Assembly: GCA_046335555.1 (NCBI GenBank)
Contig: JBKDHA010000186.1
Coordinates: 4,912-68,911, forward strand
Direction of reading: 5' to 3'
Source: Bacteroidota bacterium
GTDB taxonomy: Bacteria; Bacteroidota; Bacteroidia; Palsa-965
Length of the DNA stretch: 64,000 nucleotides
In this document: in pieces, positions 1 to 8,397 of the stretch
Position numbering within the stretch: the stretch's first letter is position 1
Layout: the number at the start of each line of letters is the position of its first letter
Translations under genes and position numbers: made by a program
Notes under the pieces: model-generated
Seen by the model: only the letters and a program-made list of their open reading frames with translations
Database searches by the model: none
Told to the model about the DNA's origin: nothing

Positions 1-300
1 AAAATTTCTGTTGTATAACGCTTGTTGCCGTCTTTGTCTTCCCAACTGCGGCTGCGGATTTTTCCTTCGAGATAAACTTGCTGGCCTTTGCGGAGAAATT
101 TCTCAGCTACTTCAGCCAATCGACGCCAGAGTACGATCTGGTGCCATTCTGTTTGCTCATTCTTGTTGCCGTTCTTGTCGCGAAATGTTTCTGTGGTAGC
201 AAGGGGAAAATTTGCAACTGCAATGCCTCCTTCGAGATAACGAACTTCGGGGTCTTTACCTAAATTACCGATCAGGATTACTTTGTTTACGCCAGCCATA
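1..300 (-). CDS. ssb: Single-stranded DNA-binding protein, 5' part only (3' end lies beyond the window start)
   Basis: Minus-strand ATG at 300..298 translates to [46 protein letters not shown]...[42 protein letters not shown], a canonical SSB OB-fold N-terminus. The frame stays open to position 1. Absent from the ORF track because no stop codon falls inside the window. Confidence 0.85.
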
Positions 301-685
301 GTGTACGTGTTGGTTAAAATGTGTGTCAGATACCGTTTTTAGCGGAAAGGTTTTGTACTTAGTATTTCTGTTAATGCAATTGGTGAAATAACAAAATTAA
401 CACAATAGGTGATATTGCCAAACTTGCGAGTTCACACTGCTGAAAATCAGCACCAAAGAGCATTACAAAAATACATACAAAATCACGTTATCCTGACAAA
501 TCATGCGAAATCAATTAAAATTATGTTTGCTTTTATTTTACAGTTGTAAGTAATGTCTGCTTGTAATTTAGTTTAGCCCAACTACACAAAAAGCCGGAAA
601 CAGGGTTAATAAAGCGACTTTCAAACAATTCTGCAGAATAATCAGAACGCCTGATCTGATAAAAATGCGAAACAAGACTGCGCGT

Positions 686-1747
686 TTAGAAAAGCCGTAA
701 GTTGATTGCAGCATTACGATAACGCGAAATCAAAACCGGAACAGCCAAAGCATCAAACTCTTTTTCATCAATCAGTTTGAAATCACCGGTAAGTTCGCCG
801 GGCAACGCTTTGTTTAACTTGACTTCATAAAACTTAGCATGCAGGCGCTGGTGACTGAGTACATGCAGAAATTCGTCCGACACATTTACAATTTCTGTTT
901 TGCGGGCAGTGCTCCAAAGTTTCCAAACCTCGTTGTTCAGCGGATCATCTTCGGCTGTTTTGGTTTCGATGAGCGGATAATCGTAAAGTCCTTGCCAGAT
1001 GTCGCCTGCAGAGCGCCTGCGCACATAAAATTTTGAGCCTGCACGCAAGATAAAATAGTGCAAAAACCGGTTGGTTACTTTGGTCTTTTTGGCTTTTACT
1101 GGTAACTCAGCAATGCGCTGTGTTCGGCGGGCTTCGCAGGTTTGGGCAAAAACACAAACACCGCAGTTGGGCGAACGCGGCACACACTGCAAAGCCCCGA
1201 ACTCCATTATTGCCTGATTATGCGTAGCCGGGTCGCGGCGGTCGAGCAGTTCTGCGGCTAATTCGCGAAACTGTTTTTTCCCGGCAGTACTGTCTATCGG
1301 CGTATCAATTCCAAAAACACGCGCAAGTACACGATATACGTTACCGTCAACCACCGGTTCAGCAATATCGTATGCAAATGAACCAATGGCGGCGGCAGTA
1401 TATTCGCCGATTCCTTTGAGCGAAAGCAGTTGATGATATGTATCAGGAAAAATTCCGTTGTGGTTTTCGGCAATAATTTTAGCTGTTTTGTGGAGGTTTC
1501 TGGCTCTGGAATAGTAGCCAAGTCCTTGCCAGAGCTTGAGTACATCTTCCTCCGAAGCAGCGGCAAGTGCAGAAATATTGGGCCAGGCGGCGGCAAAGTT
1601 TTTGTAATATTTTCGCCCCTGTTCTACCCTGGTTTGTTGTAAAATGACCTCCGAAAGCCAAATAAGGTAGGGATCGCGGGTATGCCTCCAGGGCAAATCG
1701 CGTTTATTTTTGGTGTACCAAAGCCTTATTTGACGGGAAAAATCCAT
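686..1747 (-). CDS. mutY: A/G-specific adenine DNA glycosylase MutY
   Basis: 353-aa ORF with an HhH-GPD glycosylase core (LPGIGEYTAAAI), a 4Fe-4S Cys cluster (CVPRSPNCGVCVFAQTC) and a C-terminal NUDIX-like domain. The mutY-ssb adjacency is typical of Bacteroidota. Confidence 0.9.
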   Translation of the reverse strand: MDFSRQIRLWYTKNKRDLPWRHTRDPYLIWLSEVILQQTRVEQGRKYYKNFAAAWPNISALAAASEEDVLKLWQGLGYYSRARNLHKTAKIIAENHNGIFPDTYHQLLSLKGIGEYTAAAIGSFAYDIAEPVVDGNVYRVLARVFGIDTPIDSTAGKKQFRELAAELLDRRDPATHNQAIMEFGALQCVPRSPNCGVCVFAQTCEARRTQRIAELPVKAKKTKVTNRFLHYFILRAGSKFYVRRRSAGDIWQGLYDYPLIETKTAEDDPLNNEVWKLWSTARKTEIVNVSDEFLHVLSHQRLHAKFYEVKLNKALPGELTGDFKLIDEKEFDALAVPVLISRYRNAAINLRLF

Positions 1748-1874
1748 TTTGTTTGTTAAACCGGGTGCTAAAATTACGTGGAAATTTTGGCGTTACAGGG
1801 AAATGCGTAAATTTGCAGCCCTCATTACCCGGCTTTGGTGCCGGATAAAAAATTGATAGTAAACAGTTTATACA

Positions 1875-2165
1875 ATGACCAAAGCAGAGATCGTTGCAGA
1901 GATTGCCGAAAAAACCGGCGTAGAGAAGGTAGCCGTACAGGCATCCATTGAAGCCTTCATGAAAGTGGTAAAAGGCTCATTAGCCAAGGGAGATAACGTA
2001 TATCTCCGTGGTTTCGGAAGCTTTATCGTGAAGCGTCGTGCCGAGAAAACCGGCCGCAACATTTCAAAAAACACGTCGGTAATTATTCCGGCGCATAATG
2101 TTCCCGCTTTCAAGCCGGCCAAAACATTTACCGAGAAGGTGAAGAAAAGCGTAAAAGCATCCTAA
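1875..2165 (+). CDS. hup: HU-family DNA-binding protein
   Basis: 96-aa ORF MTKAEIVAEIAEKTGVEKVAVQASIEAFMKVVKGSLAKGDNVYLRGFGSFIVKRRAEKTGRN carries the HU/IHF signature. Confidence 0.85.
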   Translation: MTKAEIVAEIAEKTGVEKVAVQASIEAFMKVVKGSLAKGDNVYLRGFGSFIVKRRAEKTGRNISKNTSVIIPAHNVPAFKPAKTFTEKVKKSVKAS

Positions 2166-2183
2166 CCTGTCTTTCTGCTGCAC

Positions 2184-3047
2184 ATGGCTAAGCTCGGCCC
2201 AACACAATGGATTGTACTCGGCGCGGCAGCAGCCTGTTTCGTTCTTTTCAGTTTTGTAAATACAGTTCCCGCAACGCGTAAAGCGCCAGCCGGGCAAATG
2301 CAGGCCGCCCAAAACAGCGAAACTATTCCGCTGGAAAAGCAGCTTGCCGAAGCCCGCAAACGCTTAACACCCGAAGCTGCCGCAACTTTAACACGGCTCG
2401 AACAGCAGGCCGGTACACAACCTGATTTTGTGAACCGTCGTCAATTGCTCGACTCCGCTGTTCGTATTGCGGTAAAATCCGGTGAATATGTTCTGGCGGC
2501 TTCTCTGGCACAGCGCAAGGCCGAAACCTGCAATGGTTCATCGGTTGACTGGCAGCTGGCCGGAGAGCGGTATCAGAATGCAGCAGCATTTATGGGCGAA
2601 AAACAGGGGCCTCAGTATCTGGGAGCCTTGTTTGAATCGGCCATGCACTGTTTTCGTGAAGCGCTTGCTTTAGACGGTAATAACCTTGATGCCCGCGTGG
2701 GTTTGGGTGCCAGCATTGTGCAGGGCACTTCAGATCCGATGGCCGGTATTCAGGAATTGCTTGCCGTTGAAAAAGCAGACTCAACAAACGTTAATGCCCA
2801 GCTTGTGCTTGGCGATTTTGCAGTACGCTCTGAGCAATACAGCAAAGCTATCGACCGCTACAAAAAAGCCTTACGTTTGCGCCCCGATCTTTACGGATTG
2901 CACCTGAGTCTGGCCGAACTGTATGAACATGAAGGCGACACCGCCTCAACCATCGTTAACCTTGAAGCATATTTGTCAAAGGCCGACGATCCAATTGTAA
3001 AAAATGATGTGGAGAATGCCATTCGCAAACTTCGCTCATCCAAATAG
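2184..3047 (+). CDS. TPR-repeat protein with an N-terminal transmembrane anchor
   Basis: 287-aa ORF with an N-terminal hydrophobic segment (WIVLGAAAACFVLFSF) and TPR-like helical repeats in the C-terminal half. Confidence 0.5.
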   Translation: MAKLGPTQWIVLGAAAACFVLFSFVNTVPATRKAPAGQMQAAQNSETIPLEKQLAEARKRLTPEAAATLTRLEQQAGTQPDFVNRRQLLDSAVRIAVKSGEYVLAASLAQRKAETCNGSSVDWQLAGERYQNAAAFMGEKQGPQYLGALFESAMHCFREALALDGNNLDARVGLGASIVQGTSDPMAGIQELLAVEKADSTNVNAQLVLGDFAVRSEQYSKAIDRYKKALRLRPDLYGLHLSLAELYEHEGDTASTIVNLEAYLSKADDPIVKNDVENAIRKLRSSK

Positions 3048-3073
3048 TAATTCATTCATTAAACAACTACAAC

Positions 3074-3169
3074 ATGCCCAGCGGTAAAAAAAGAAAGCGC
3101 CATAAAATGGCCACCCACAAGCGCAAGAAGCGCCTCAGAAAAAATCGTCACAAGAAGAAGAACCGCTAG
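3074..3169 (+). CDS. 31-aa extremely basic peptide, possibly a bS22-like ribosomal or RNA-binding protein
   Basis: ATG 3074 to TAG 3167-3169 translates to MPSGKKRKRHKMATHKRKKRLRKNRHKKKNR. The composition and the KKR..H..MA..K..KRL pattern resemble small basic ribosomal proteins of the bS22 class. A clean intrinsic terminator follows. Too short to appear in the ORF track. Confidence 0.4.
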   Translation: MPSGKKRKRHKMATHKRKKRLRKNRHKKKNR

Positions 3170-3182
3170 GAGCTGATCGCTT

Positions 3183-3224
3183 AAACCGCAGCTTTGGTTC
3201 ATTCCGAAGCTGCGGTTTTTATTT
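3183..3224 (+). terminator. Rho-independent terminator
   Basis: Stem aaaccgcagctt / aagctgcggttt around the loop ggttcattccg, followed by TTTTATTTG. Confidence 0.6.
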
Positions 3225-3244
3225 GATCTGCTTTACCATAGTGT

Positions 3245-4918
3245 GTGATTGAAGCCTTACAAATAATTGTATGGTTTCTGTTTACTTCAACTTACAGTTT
3301 ATCTGATTGCAAGCCCATCCCAAGTTGGGAGCTGGGCAATGCTTTATTTAACGCGCTAACATCTGTGTCAAACGAACTGATCATTGATGCCTCCAATTCT
3401 GAGGTTGTGATCGCTCTTTTAAACGACAAGCGACTGGTGGAACTCAACCGTGAGAAAACCAACAGTCAGTTTGCTGTGGGCGACATTTACCTCGGCCGGG
3501 TGCGAAAAGTGATGCCAGGCTTGAATGCTGCGTTCGTTGATGTTGGTTACGAGAAAGATGCTTTCCTGCATTATTTTGACCTCGGTCCGCAGGTAATGTC
3601 GCTGAATAAATTTGTGCGGATGACCGTTACAGGACGGCAAAAGCACGCAGCACTTACCTATTTTAAGAACGAACCGGAGATTAATAAAGACGGCAAAATT
3701 GGTGATGTATTGCAACCCGATCAGCATGTGCTGATTCAGATTGCGAAAGAGCCTATTTCAACAAAAGGCCCTCGCATTACTTCCGAACTTTCGATTGCAG
3801 GGCGTTACATCGTGCTGATTCCTTTTTCCGAAAAAGTTTCTGTTTCACAGAAAATAAAAAGCAACGAAGAGCGCGAACGACTCAAGAGACTCATCATGAG
3901 TATCAAGCCGAAGAATTTCGGCGTTATCGTTCGTACTGTTGCCGAAGGAAAAGGAGTTGCCGATCTCGATGCCGACATGAATGACCTGGTGGGAAAATGG
4001 AACACCTGTTTCCAGGAACTCATCAAAGCCAAGCCTGCGCAGCGCGTGCTCGGCGAGATCAACCGTACATCTGCCATTTTGCGTGATATGCTGAACAATT
4101 CGTTCAATGCAATTCATGTGAACGACGGACAGATGCACGATGAGATCAAAATGTATTTACAGACGATTGCGCCTGACAAGGAAAAAATTCTGAAACAGCA
4201 CAAAGGGCCTCAGCCCATTTTTGAGCACTTCGGAATCGACCGTCAGATCAAAGCGCTTTTCGGTAAAACGGTGACCATGAAAAGTGGCGCCTACCTCATT
4301 ATTGAACATACCGAAGCCCTGCACGTTGTTGACGTGAACAGTGGCAACAGGTCGAAACTGCACAGCGACCAGGAGAGCAATGCGCTCGACGTAAACATGG
4401 AAGCTGCTTCAGAAATTGCACGTCAGCTTCGTTTGCGTGATATGGGCGGAATTATCGTGATCGATTTTATCGACATGCACTCGCCCAATAACCGCAAAGC
4501 ACTCTTTACCAAGCTGCGCGACGAAATGAAGGCCGACCGGGCCAAGCACACCATTCTGCCTCCGAGCAAATTCGGACTTGTGCAGATTACCCGCGAGCGT
4601 GTGCGCCCCGAAACCAACATTGAAACGGCCGAAAAATGCCCCACCTGCGGCGGCTCAGGACAGGTGCAGGCCAGCGTTCTGCTCATTGACCAGATTGAAA
4701 ATAATCTGCGCTATGTTCTCCGCGAACAAAATGAGAAAAAGGTTACGCTGCGTGTGCATCCTTACATTGCCGCATTTCTTACTAAAGGCTGGATTACCTC
4801 ACTGCGCTGGAAATGGATGCGTCGCTACCGTCGCCCGATCAGCGTGAAATCAGTTCCGTCGTACCAATTCCTCGAGTATCACTTCTTCAACGCTCAGGAC
4901 GACGAAATCAAAGTGTAA
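3245..4918 (+). CDS. rng: Ribonuclease E/G family protein (RNase G-like)
   Basis: S1 domain (GDIYLGRVRKVMPGLNAAFVDVGYEKDAFLH), catalytic DNase-I-like core (HVVDVNSG...IVIDFIDM) and a Zn-link (CPTCGGSG). The ATG at 3245 gives a long N-terminal extension. The true start is probably downstream, for example the in-frame GTG at about 3365 (VSNELIIDASNSEVVIALL). Confidence 0.85.
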   Translation: MIEALQIIVWFLFTSTYSLSDCKPIPSWELGNALFNALTSVSNELIIDASNSEVVIALLNDKRLVELNREKTNSQFAVGDIYLGRVRKVMPGLNAAFVDVGYEKDAFLHYFDLGPQVMSLNKFVRMTVTGRQKHAALTYFKNEPEINKDGKIGDVLQPDQHVLIQIAKEPISTKGPRITSELSIAGRYIVLIPFSEKVSVSQKIKSNEERERLKRLIMSIKPKNFGVIVRTVAEGKGVADLDADMNDLVGKWNTCFQELIKAKPAQRVLGEINRTSAILRDMLNNSFNAIHVNDGQMHDEIKMYLQTIAPDKEKILKQHKGPQPIFEHFGIDRQIKALFGKTVTMKSGAYLIIEHTEALHVVDVNSGNRSKLHSDQESNALDVNMEAASEIARQLRLRDMGGIIVIDFIDMHSPNNRKALFTKLRDEMKADRAKHTILPPSKFGLVQITRERVRPETNIETAEKCPTCGGSGQVQASVLLIDQIENNLRYVLREQNEKKVTLRVHPYIAAFLTKGWITSLRWKWMRRYRRPISVKSVPSYQFLEYHFFNAQDDEIKV

Positions 4919-4942
4919 GCACTTTAAAAAAGCCATTTTTAA

Positions 4943-4980
4943 AAAACCACTCCCGGTATAAATCGGAAGTGGTTTTTTGT
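4943..4980 (+). terminator. Probable rho-independent terminator of rng
   Basis: aaccactcccg ... cggaagtggtt stem with one mismatch, followed by a TTTTTTGTTTG tract. Confidence 0.5.
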
Positions 4981-5114
4981 TTGACCAATGCTCATATTCA
5001 GGTATAAACCCGCATTTCAATATTTCGTCCTTATTATATATTTAAAGCACGGTCAAACTCCGATTTATTGCTTCCCGTTCGCACCACATCACCCATTTCT
5101 CCAAATCATCGAAG

Positions 5115-6332
5115 ATGAAAAAATCTCCCGCTTCCCGAGATTCAGCAGTTTCAAAATCTTCAGCTCATGCAACGGTTCAATCGCCGCAAAAAACAGGAAA
5201 ATCTTTTTTTGCGGTTAGAGATTTTACTGTACATCGGCCCTCACCACAGGCACAGCAGCACACTCAAGAACAATCTGCTCCGATAAACGAATCGGTGCAG
5301 CCGCTACAGCGCATGAAGGTGGATGCCGAAGAAGGAATGGATGATAAACTAGGAACAAAAGATAGAATAAAGGTTTATCAGCTTATTACTATTATGAATT
5401 CTGCTGTGGCTAATCTTCTCAATAAAGAAGACAAGATCATTGTAGAGATAATAAACAATGGAGAAATGAGCCCGGCATGGAATCATCACAAGGGCACAAA
5501 AGAGCATCCGGGGCGGGTTGGCGATATTGGTGTGCAGTTAAACAGTTGGTACATCGAAAAAGCTTCTCTCGGCGAATTACTCGGAATGTTTGTGCATGAA
5601 ATTGGTGTGCATACTCTCGCCGACAGGCAAATGGGGAAGGAAAACCCAAACGAGAATCTGAAAAAGGATACAAATATTTACAGCGAAAGAGTTTCGCAGG
5701 GATACGACCACACACATCCCTCAGGGCACGAAATTGGGTACTATCCTACACCAGATGAAAAAAACAAAAAAGGAAGATCGCGCCAGGCCGATCATGTAAA
5801 TCTGGCCAAAAGTTTAGCGGGTTCTTCAAGCGAAAGAGGAAGATATTATATAGATACTTACTTGCGTACCGGCGATTCTATTTCGAAAAACATCAAAGAT
5901 CCGAAAGAGCGGGATGAGGCACTATTTGATCTTACCCGATATTTTCTTTTCGATATATCGCGCATTATTGCCACCAACGACGGGGCTCCGCTTGATATTC
6001 TCCGCAGCACAAAAAAAATCGGAGAACTGATGGAATATTACAAACATGAGCTGGCAGAAGATCACAAGGAAGAACATCCGTGGCTTGAAGAAACAGTGAT
6101 GAGTGTAAATACAAAGGCTTCGACCATTCAAAAATGGTTAGTGAGTCAGATGATAGCTATGGCTACGTCTTCCAATCCCGCTGTGCAAAAAGGACGAGCG
6201 GCATTAACAGGTCTTGGCGCAGCATATATAGTAGGAGGCGGTTTGGCAGGCATGATTTCGGCACCGGCACTACTTACAGGAATTGGTGTAGGCATTGGCG
6301 TATGGGGGCTGCAAAAACTATTTGGCGTGTAG
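5115..6332 (+). CDS. HExxH-motif protein (DUF4157-like putative metallopeptidase or toxin-like domain) with a C-terminal glycine-zipper membrane segment
   Basis: 405-aa ORF. The N-terminus is S/Q/P-rich and looks disordered. The central motif GELLGMFVHEIGVHTLADRQ places HExxH in a DUF4157-like context (LLAHELTHVVQ). The C-terminus GLGAAYIVGGGLAGMISAPALLTGIGVGIGVWGL is a Gly-zipper hydrophobic segment. No signal peptide and no T9SS C-terminal domain. Confidence 0.5.
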   Translation: MKKSPASRDSAVSKSSAHATVQSPQKTGKSFFAVRDFTVHRPSPQAQQHTQEQSAPINESVQPLQRMKVDAEEGMDDKLGTKDRIKVYQLITIMNSAVANLLNKEDKIIVEIINNGEMSPAWNHHKGTKEHPGRVGDIGVQLNSWYIEKASLGELLGMFVHEIGVHTLADRQMGKENPNENLKKDTNIYSERVSQGYDHTHPSGHEIGYYPTPDEKNKKGRSRQADHVNLAKSLAGSSSERGRYYIDTYLRTGDSISKNIKDPKERDEALFDLTRYFLFDISRIIATNDGAPLDILRSTKKIGELMEYYKHELAEDHKEEHPWLEETVMSVNTKASTIQKWLVSQMIAMATSSNPAVQKGRAALTGLGAAYIVGGGLAGMISAPALLTGIGVGIGVWGLQKLFGV

Positions 6333-6338
6333 TACAGA

Positions 6339-6388
6339 TCGAAACTGCACAGCGAGCAGAAAAGCAATGCGGACGAAATCAAAGTATA
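6339..6388 (+). pseudogene. Degenerate relic of the RNase E/G 3' coding sequence (in-frame fusion of two rng segments)
   Basis: 6339-6374 matches rng 4352-4387: tcgaaactgcacagcga is a 17/17 identity and agcaatgcg is 9/9. 6371-6388 matches the rng 3' end 4901-4918: gacgaaatcaaagt is 14/14, followed by TAA. The relic translates to SKLHSEQKSNADEIKV*, against SKLHSDQESNA...DEIKV* in rng. It is in the same frame as the upstream HExxH gene and immediately follows that gene's TAG stop. Confidence 0.6.
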
Positions 6389-6411
6389 AATCAATCATCG
6401 AAACATTTTTA

Positions 6412-6456
6412 TCATGCTCCGAAATCAATTATGATTTCGGAGCATGACTTTTTTAT
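6412..6456 (+). terminator. Rho-independent terminator
   Basis: Perfect stem tcatgctccgaaat / atttcggagcatga around the loop caattatg, followed by CTTTTTTAT. Confidence 0.6.
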
Positions 6457-6596
6457 ACTTAATAATGCACATACGGGATAATTTTTCCAGATAATGGAAA
6501 CCGTCAGTCAACAATAATTACGTAAAAATCTAATTATCAGAACACTACTGTTTTGGCATACCGCATGATTCAGAATGGCACACAAACTCTGAGATC

Positions 6597-7220
6597 ATGA
6601 AAAAAATTTCCGCATTAGTGGCATTCATCTTCATCGCTGTGATGAGAATGTATGCCACTGGTGAACCCTCAACCTACTTCAACATGATCGCCACAAGTCA
6701 TGAGTATGAACTAAGTATAACTCCGGAAGGCTTATTTACGTGGACGTTTAGCGGCATCAACTTACCCGACAGTGCAACAAATGAGGAAGGCAGTAACGGA
6801 TTTATTGAATTTGAAATTGCTCTGCAAAATGGGCTTCCGTCGGGTACAGTTATTCGCAACAGCGCTGAAATCATCTTTGATTTTGAGGATGCAATTCGTA
6901 CAAATACAGTAATCAATACAATCAAATTCATCCGCAATGGCGAAGGTGAATCACTTACAGCCTATCCTAATCCTACAAAAAATTCAATAACAATAAGCGC
7001 TCCGGGAGCATCAGAAATGTATGCCGATCAGCTGTTGTTTACAAAATGTATTGTTTATGCTGCCGACGGAAGAGTGATGTATGAAAATACATTTACTCCA
7101 TCAGCACAACACAATGTACAAACCGCTATGTGGCCAGGCGGTGTTTATGTGGCCGAATTACAAACAGCGGAAGGTGAACGCCGCTTTATCCGAATCGTTC
7201 ACCAATCGGAACGAGAATAG
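6597..7220 (+). CDS. Small secreted protein with a type-A T9SS C-terminal sorting domain
   Basis: N-terminal signal peptide (MKKISALVAFIFIAVM). The C-terminus YPNPTKNSITISAPG...GVYVAELQTAEGERRFIRIVHQ matches the por-secretion-tail pattern. Confidence 0.55.
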   Translation: MKKISALVAFIFIAVMRMYATGEPSTYFNMIATSHEYELSITPEGLFTWTFSGINLPDSATNEEGSNGFIEFEIALQNGLPSGTVIRNSAEIIFDFEDAIRTNTVINTIKFIRNGEGESLTAYPNPTKNSITISAPGASEMYADQLLFTKCIVYAADGRVMYENTFTPSAQHNVQTAMWPGGVYVAELQTAEGERRFIRIVHQSERE

Positions 7221-7642
7221 TGTATTTGGCAACAGATTCAATAATGCAGGGGTGCGTTAACTCTGTTGCCTTTACACTATTTCTAAGCTCCCGAAAATCA
7301 AAAAAGAGTAGTTGTATCGGTATGTGTCAGTGTGTGTGTTTAAATTTATCCGATGCAATTACTCTTTTTATTTCTCAAATCCATAGAGCCTGTTAGAAGA
7401 TATCAAGCACTTCATTATTCTTCTGCTTTAAAATTTCATCAGGTAATACTTCCATTAGTTTATCTGCAAAAGCTTTTACCAATCTTTCTTTTAACGTGCT
7501 CCTGTGCATCACCAAACTGATTTGCCGCACCGGAACTAGTGAATGAAACGGAATAAGTCGCGATTTAAGTTTTAGCAGGAGTTCGAAAGCTGCAAGTTCC
7601 GGAAGTATGGAAAATCCCGGCCATAATTATCAGCAAAAATTT

Positions 7643-8380
7643 TTATACACTCCGCACACCAAGCTGAAGGTGTGTATAATCGGCAATCACGATATTCAGG
7701 AATTGAAGATCGGGTAATTGCTGCGGGGGAGGATAAACGCCAATTACTTCTTTTACTTTATGTGAAAGCCGGGAAAGCATTTCGTAGTTGCCGGTTTCAA
7801 ACGATTGCAGCATAATTTCGCGGATGATGCCGATGTCTTTATCGTTAAAGCGTTCGACCTGCGGAAACACAATGCGGTAATTGGGATGCACGTAGCTTAG
7901 AATTGTGCTGCGCAAACTTGTTTTCTGATTTACCCGAATCACAATGGTATCGGCAGCCATGTCGCCGATGCGCTGTCCGCGGTTGCTGATAATGCTGATA
8001 AGTGCTGCGAGTCCCGGAAATAATGCGGCTTCACATTCAAGCACTCGGGTAATCCAGCGAATGGCAAAATCGCCAATACCGGCCGGCGATCCGTCGCTTT
8101 TTACCACTTTTATTCCCATAATCATTTTGCCAAATGAACGTCCCGAAAAAAGGGCTTCCGTCCATAATGTATAGGTCATAACCGGCAAAACGAGAAGTAA
8201 AATAACCGGCTGAAAACCTTCTTCCATTCCAATTGCAAGACCTGCAACCCACATTATTATCAGCCAGTAAGCACCCATAAAAAACAAATCAAGCAGCCGA
8301 GCCGTGAAGCGTTCGCCGATGCTTGCGGTTTCAAACTGAATGACTACGTTTTGCGTGGTTGTAATCCGGGCAATATCCAT
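7643..8380 (-). CDS. RDD-family membrane protein
   Basis: 245 aa with two or three transmembrane helices and the RDD-domain signature (RLLDLFFMGAYWLI ... GQRIGDMAADTIVIR). Confidence 0.75.
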   Translation of the reverse strand: MDIARITTTQNVVIQFETASIGERFTARLLDLFFMGAYWLIIMWVAGLAIGMEEGFQPVILLLVLPVMTYTLWTEALFSGRSFGKMIMGIKVVKSDGSPAGIGDFAIRWITRVLECEAALFPGLAALISIISNRGQRIGDMAADTIVIRVNQKTSLRSTILSYVHPNYRIVFPQVERFNDKDIGIIREIMLQSFETGNYEMLSRLSHKVKEVIGVYPPPQQLPDLQFLNIVIADYTHLQLGVRSV

Positions 8381-8397
8381 TGCGTTAAAAATACAAA

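Noticed and set aside
4988-5218. 76-aa ORF upstream of the HExxH gene
   Set aside because: It overlaps the 5' end of the 5115-6332 gene in another frame, spans the rng terminator region, and shows no conserved features.
7396-7509. 38-aa minus-strand ORF (MHRSTLKERLVKAFADKLMEVLPDEILKQKNNEVLDIF) in the 422-bp gap upstream of the RDD gene
   Set aside because: It is short, has no recognisable motif or signal peptide, and I can see no conservation evidence. I left it as noise unless expression data say otherwise.
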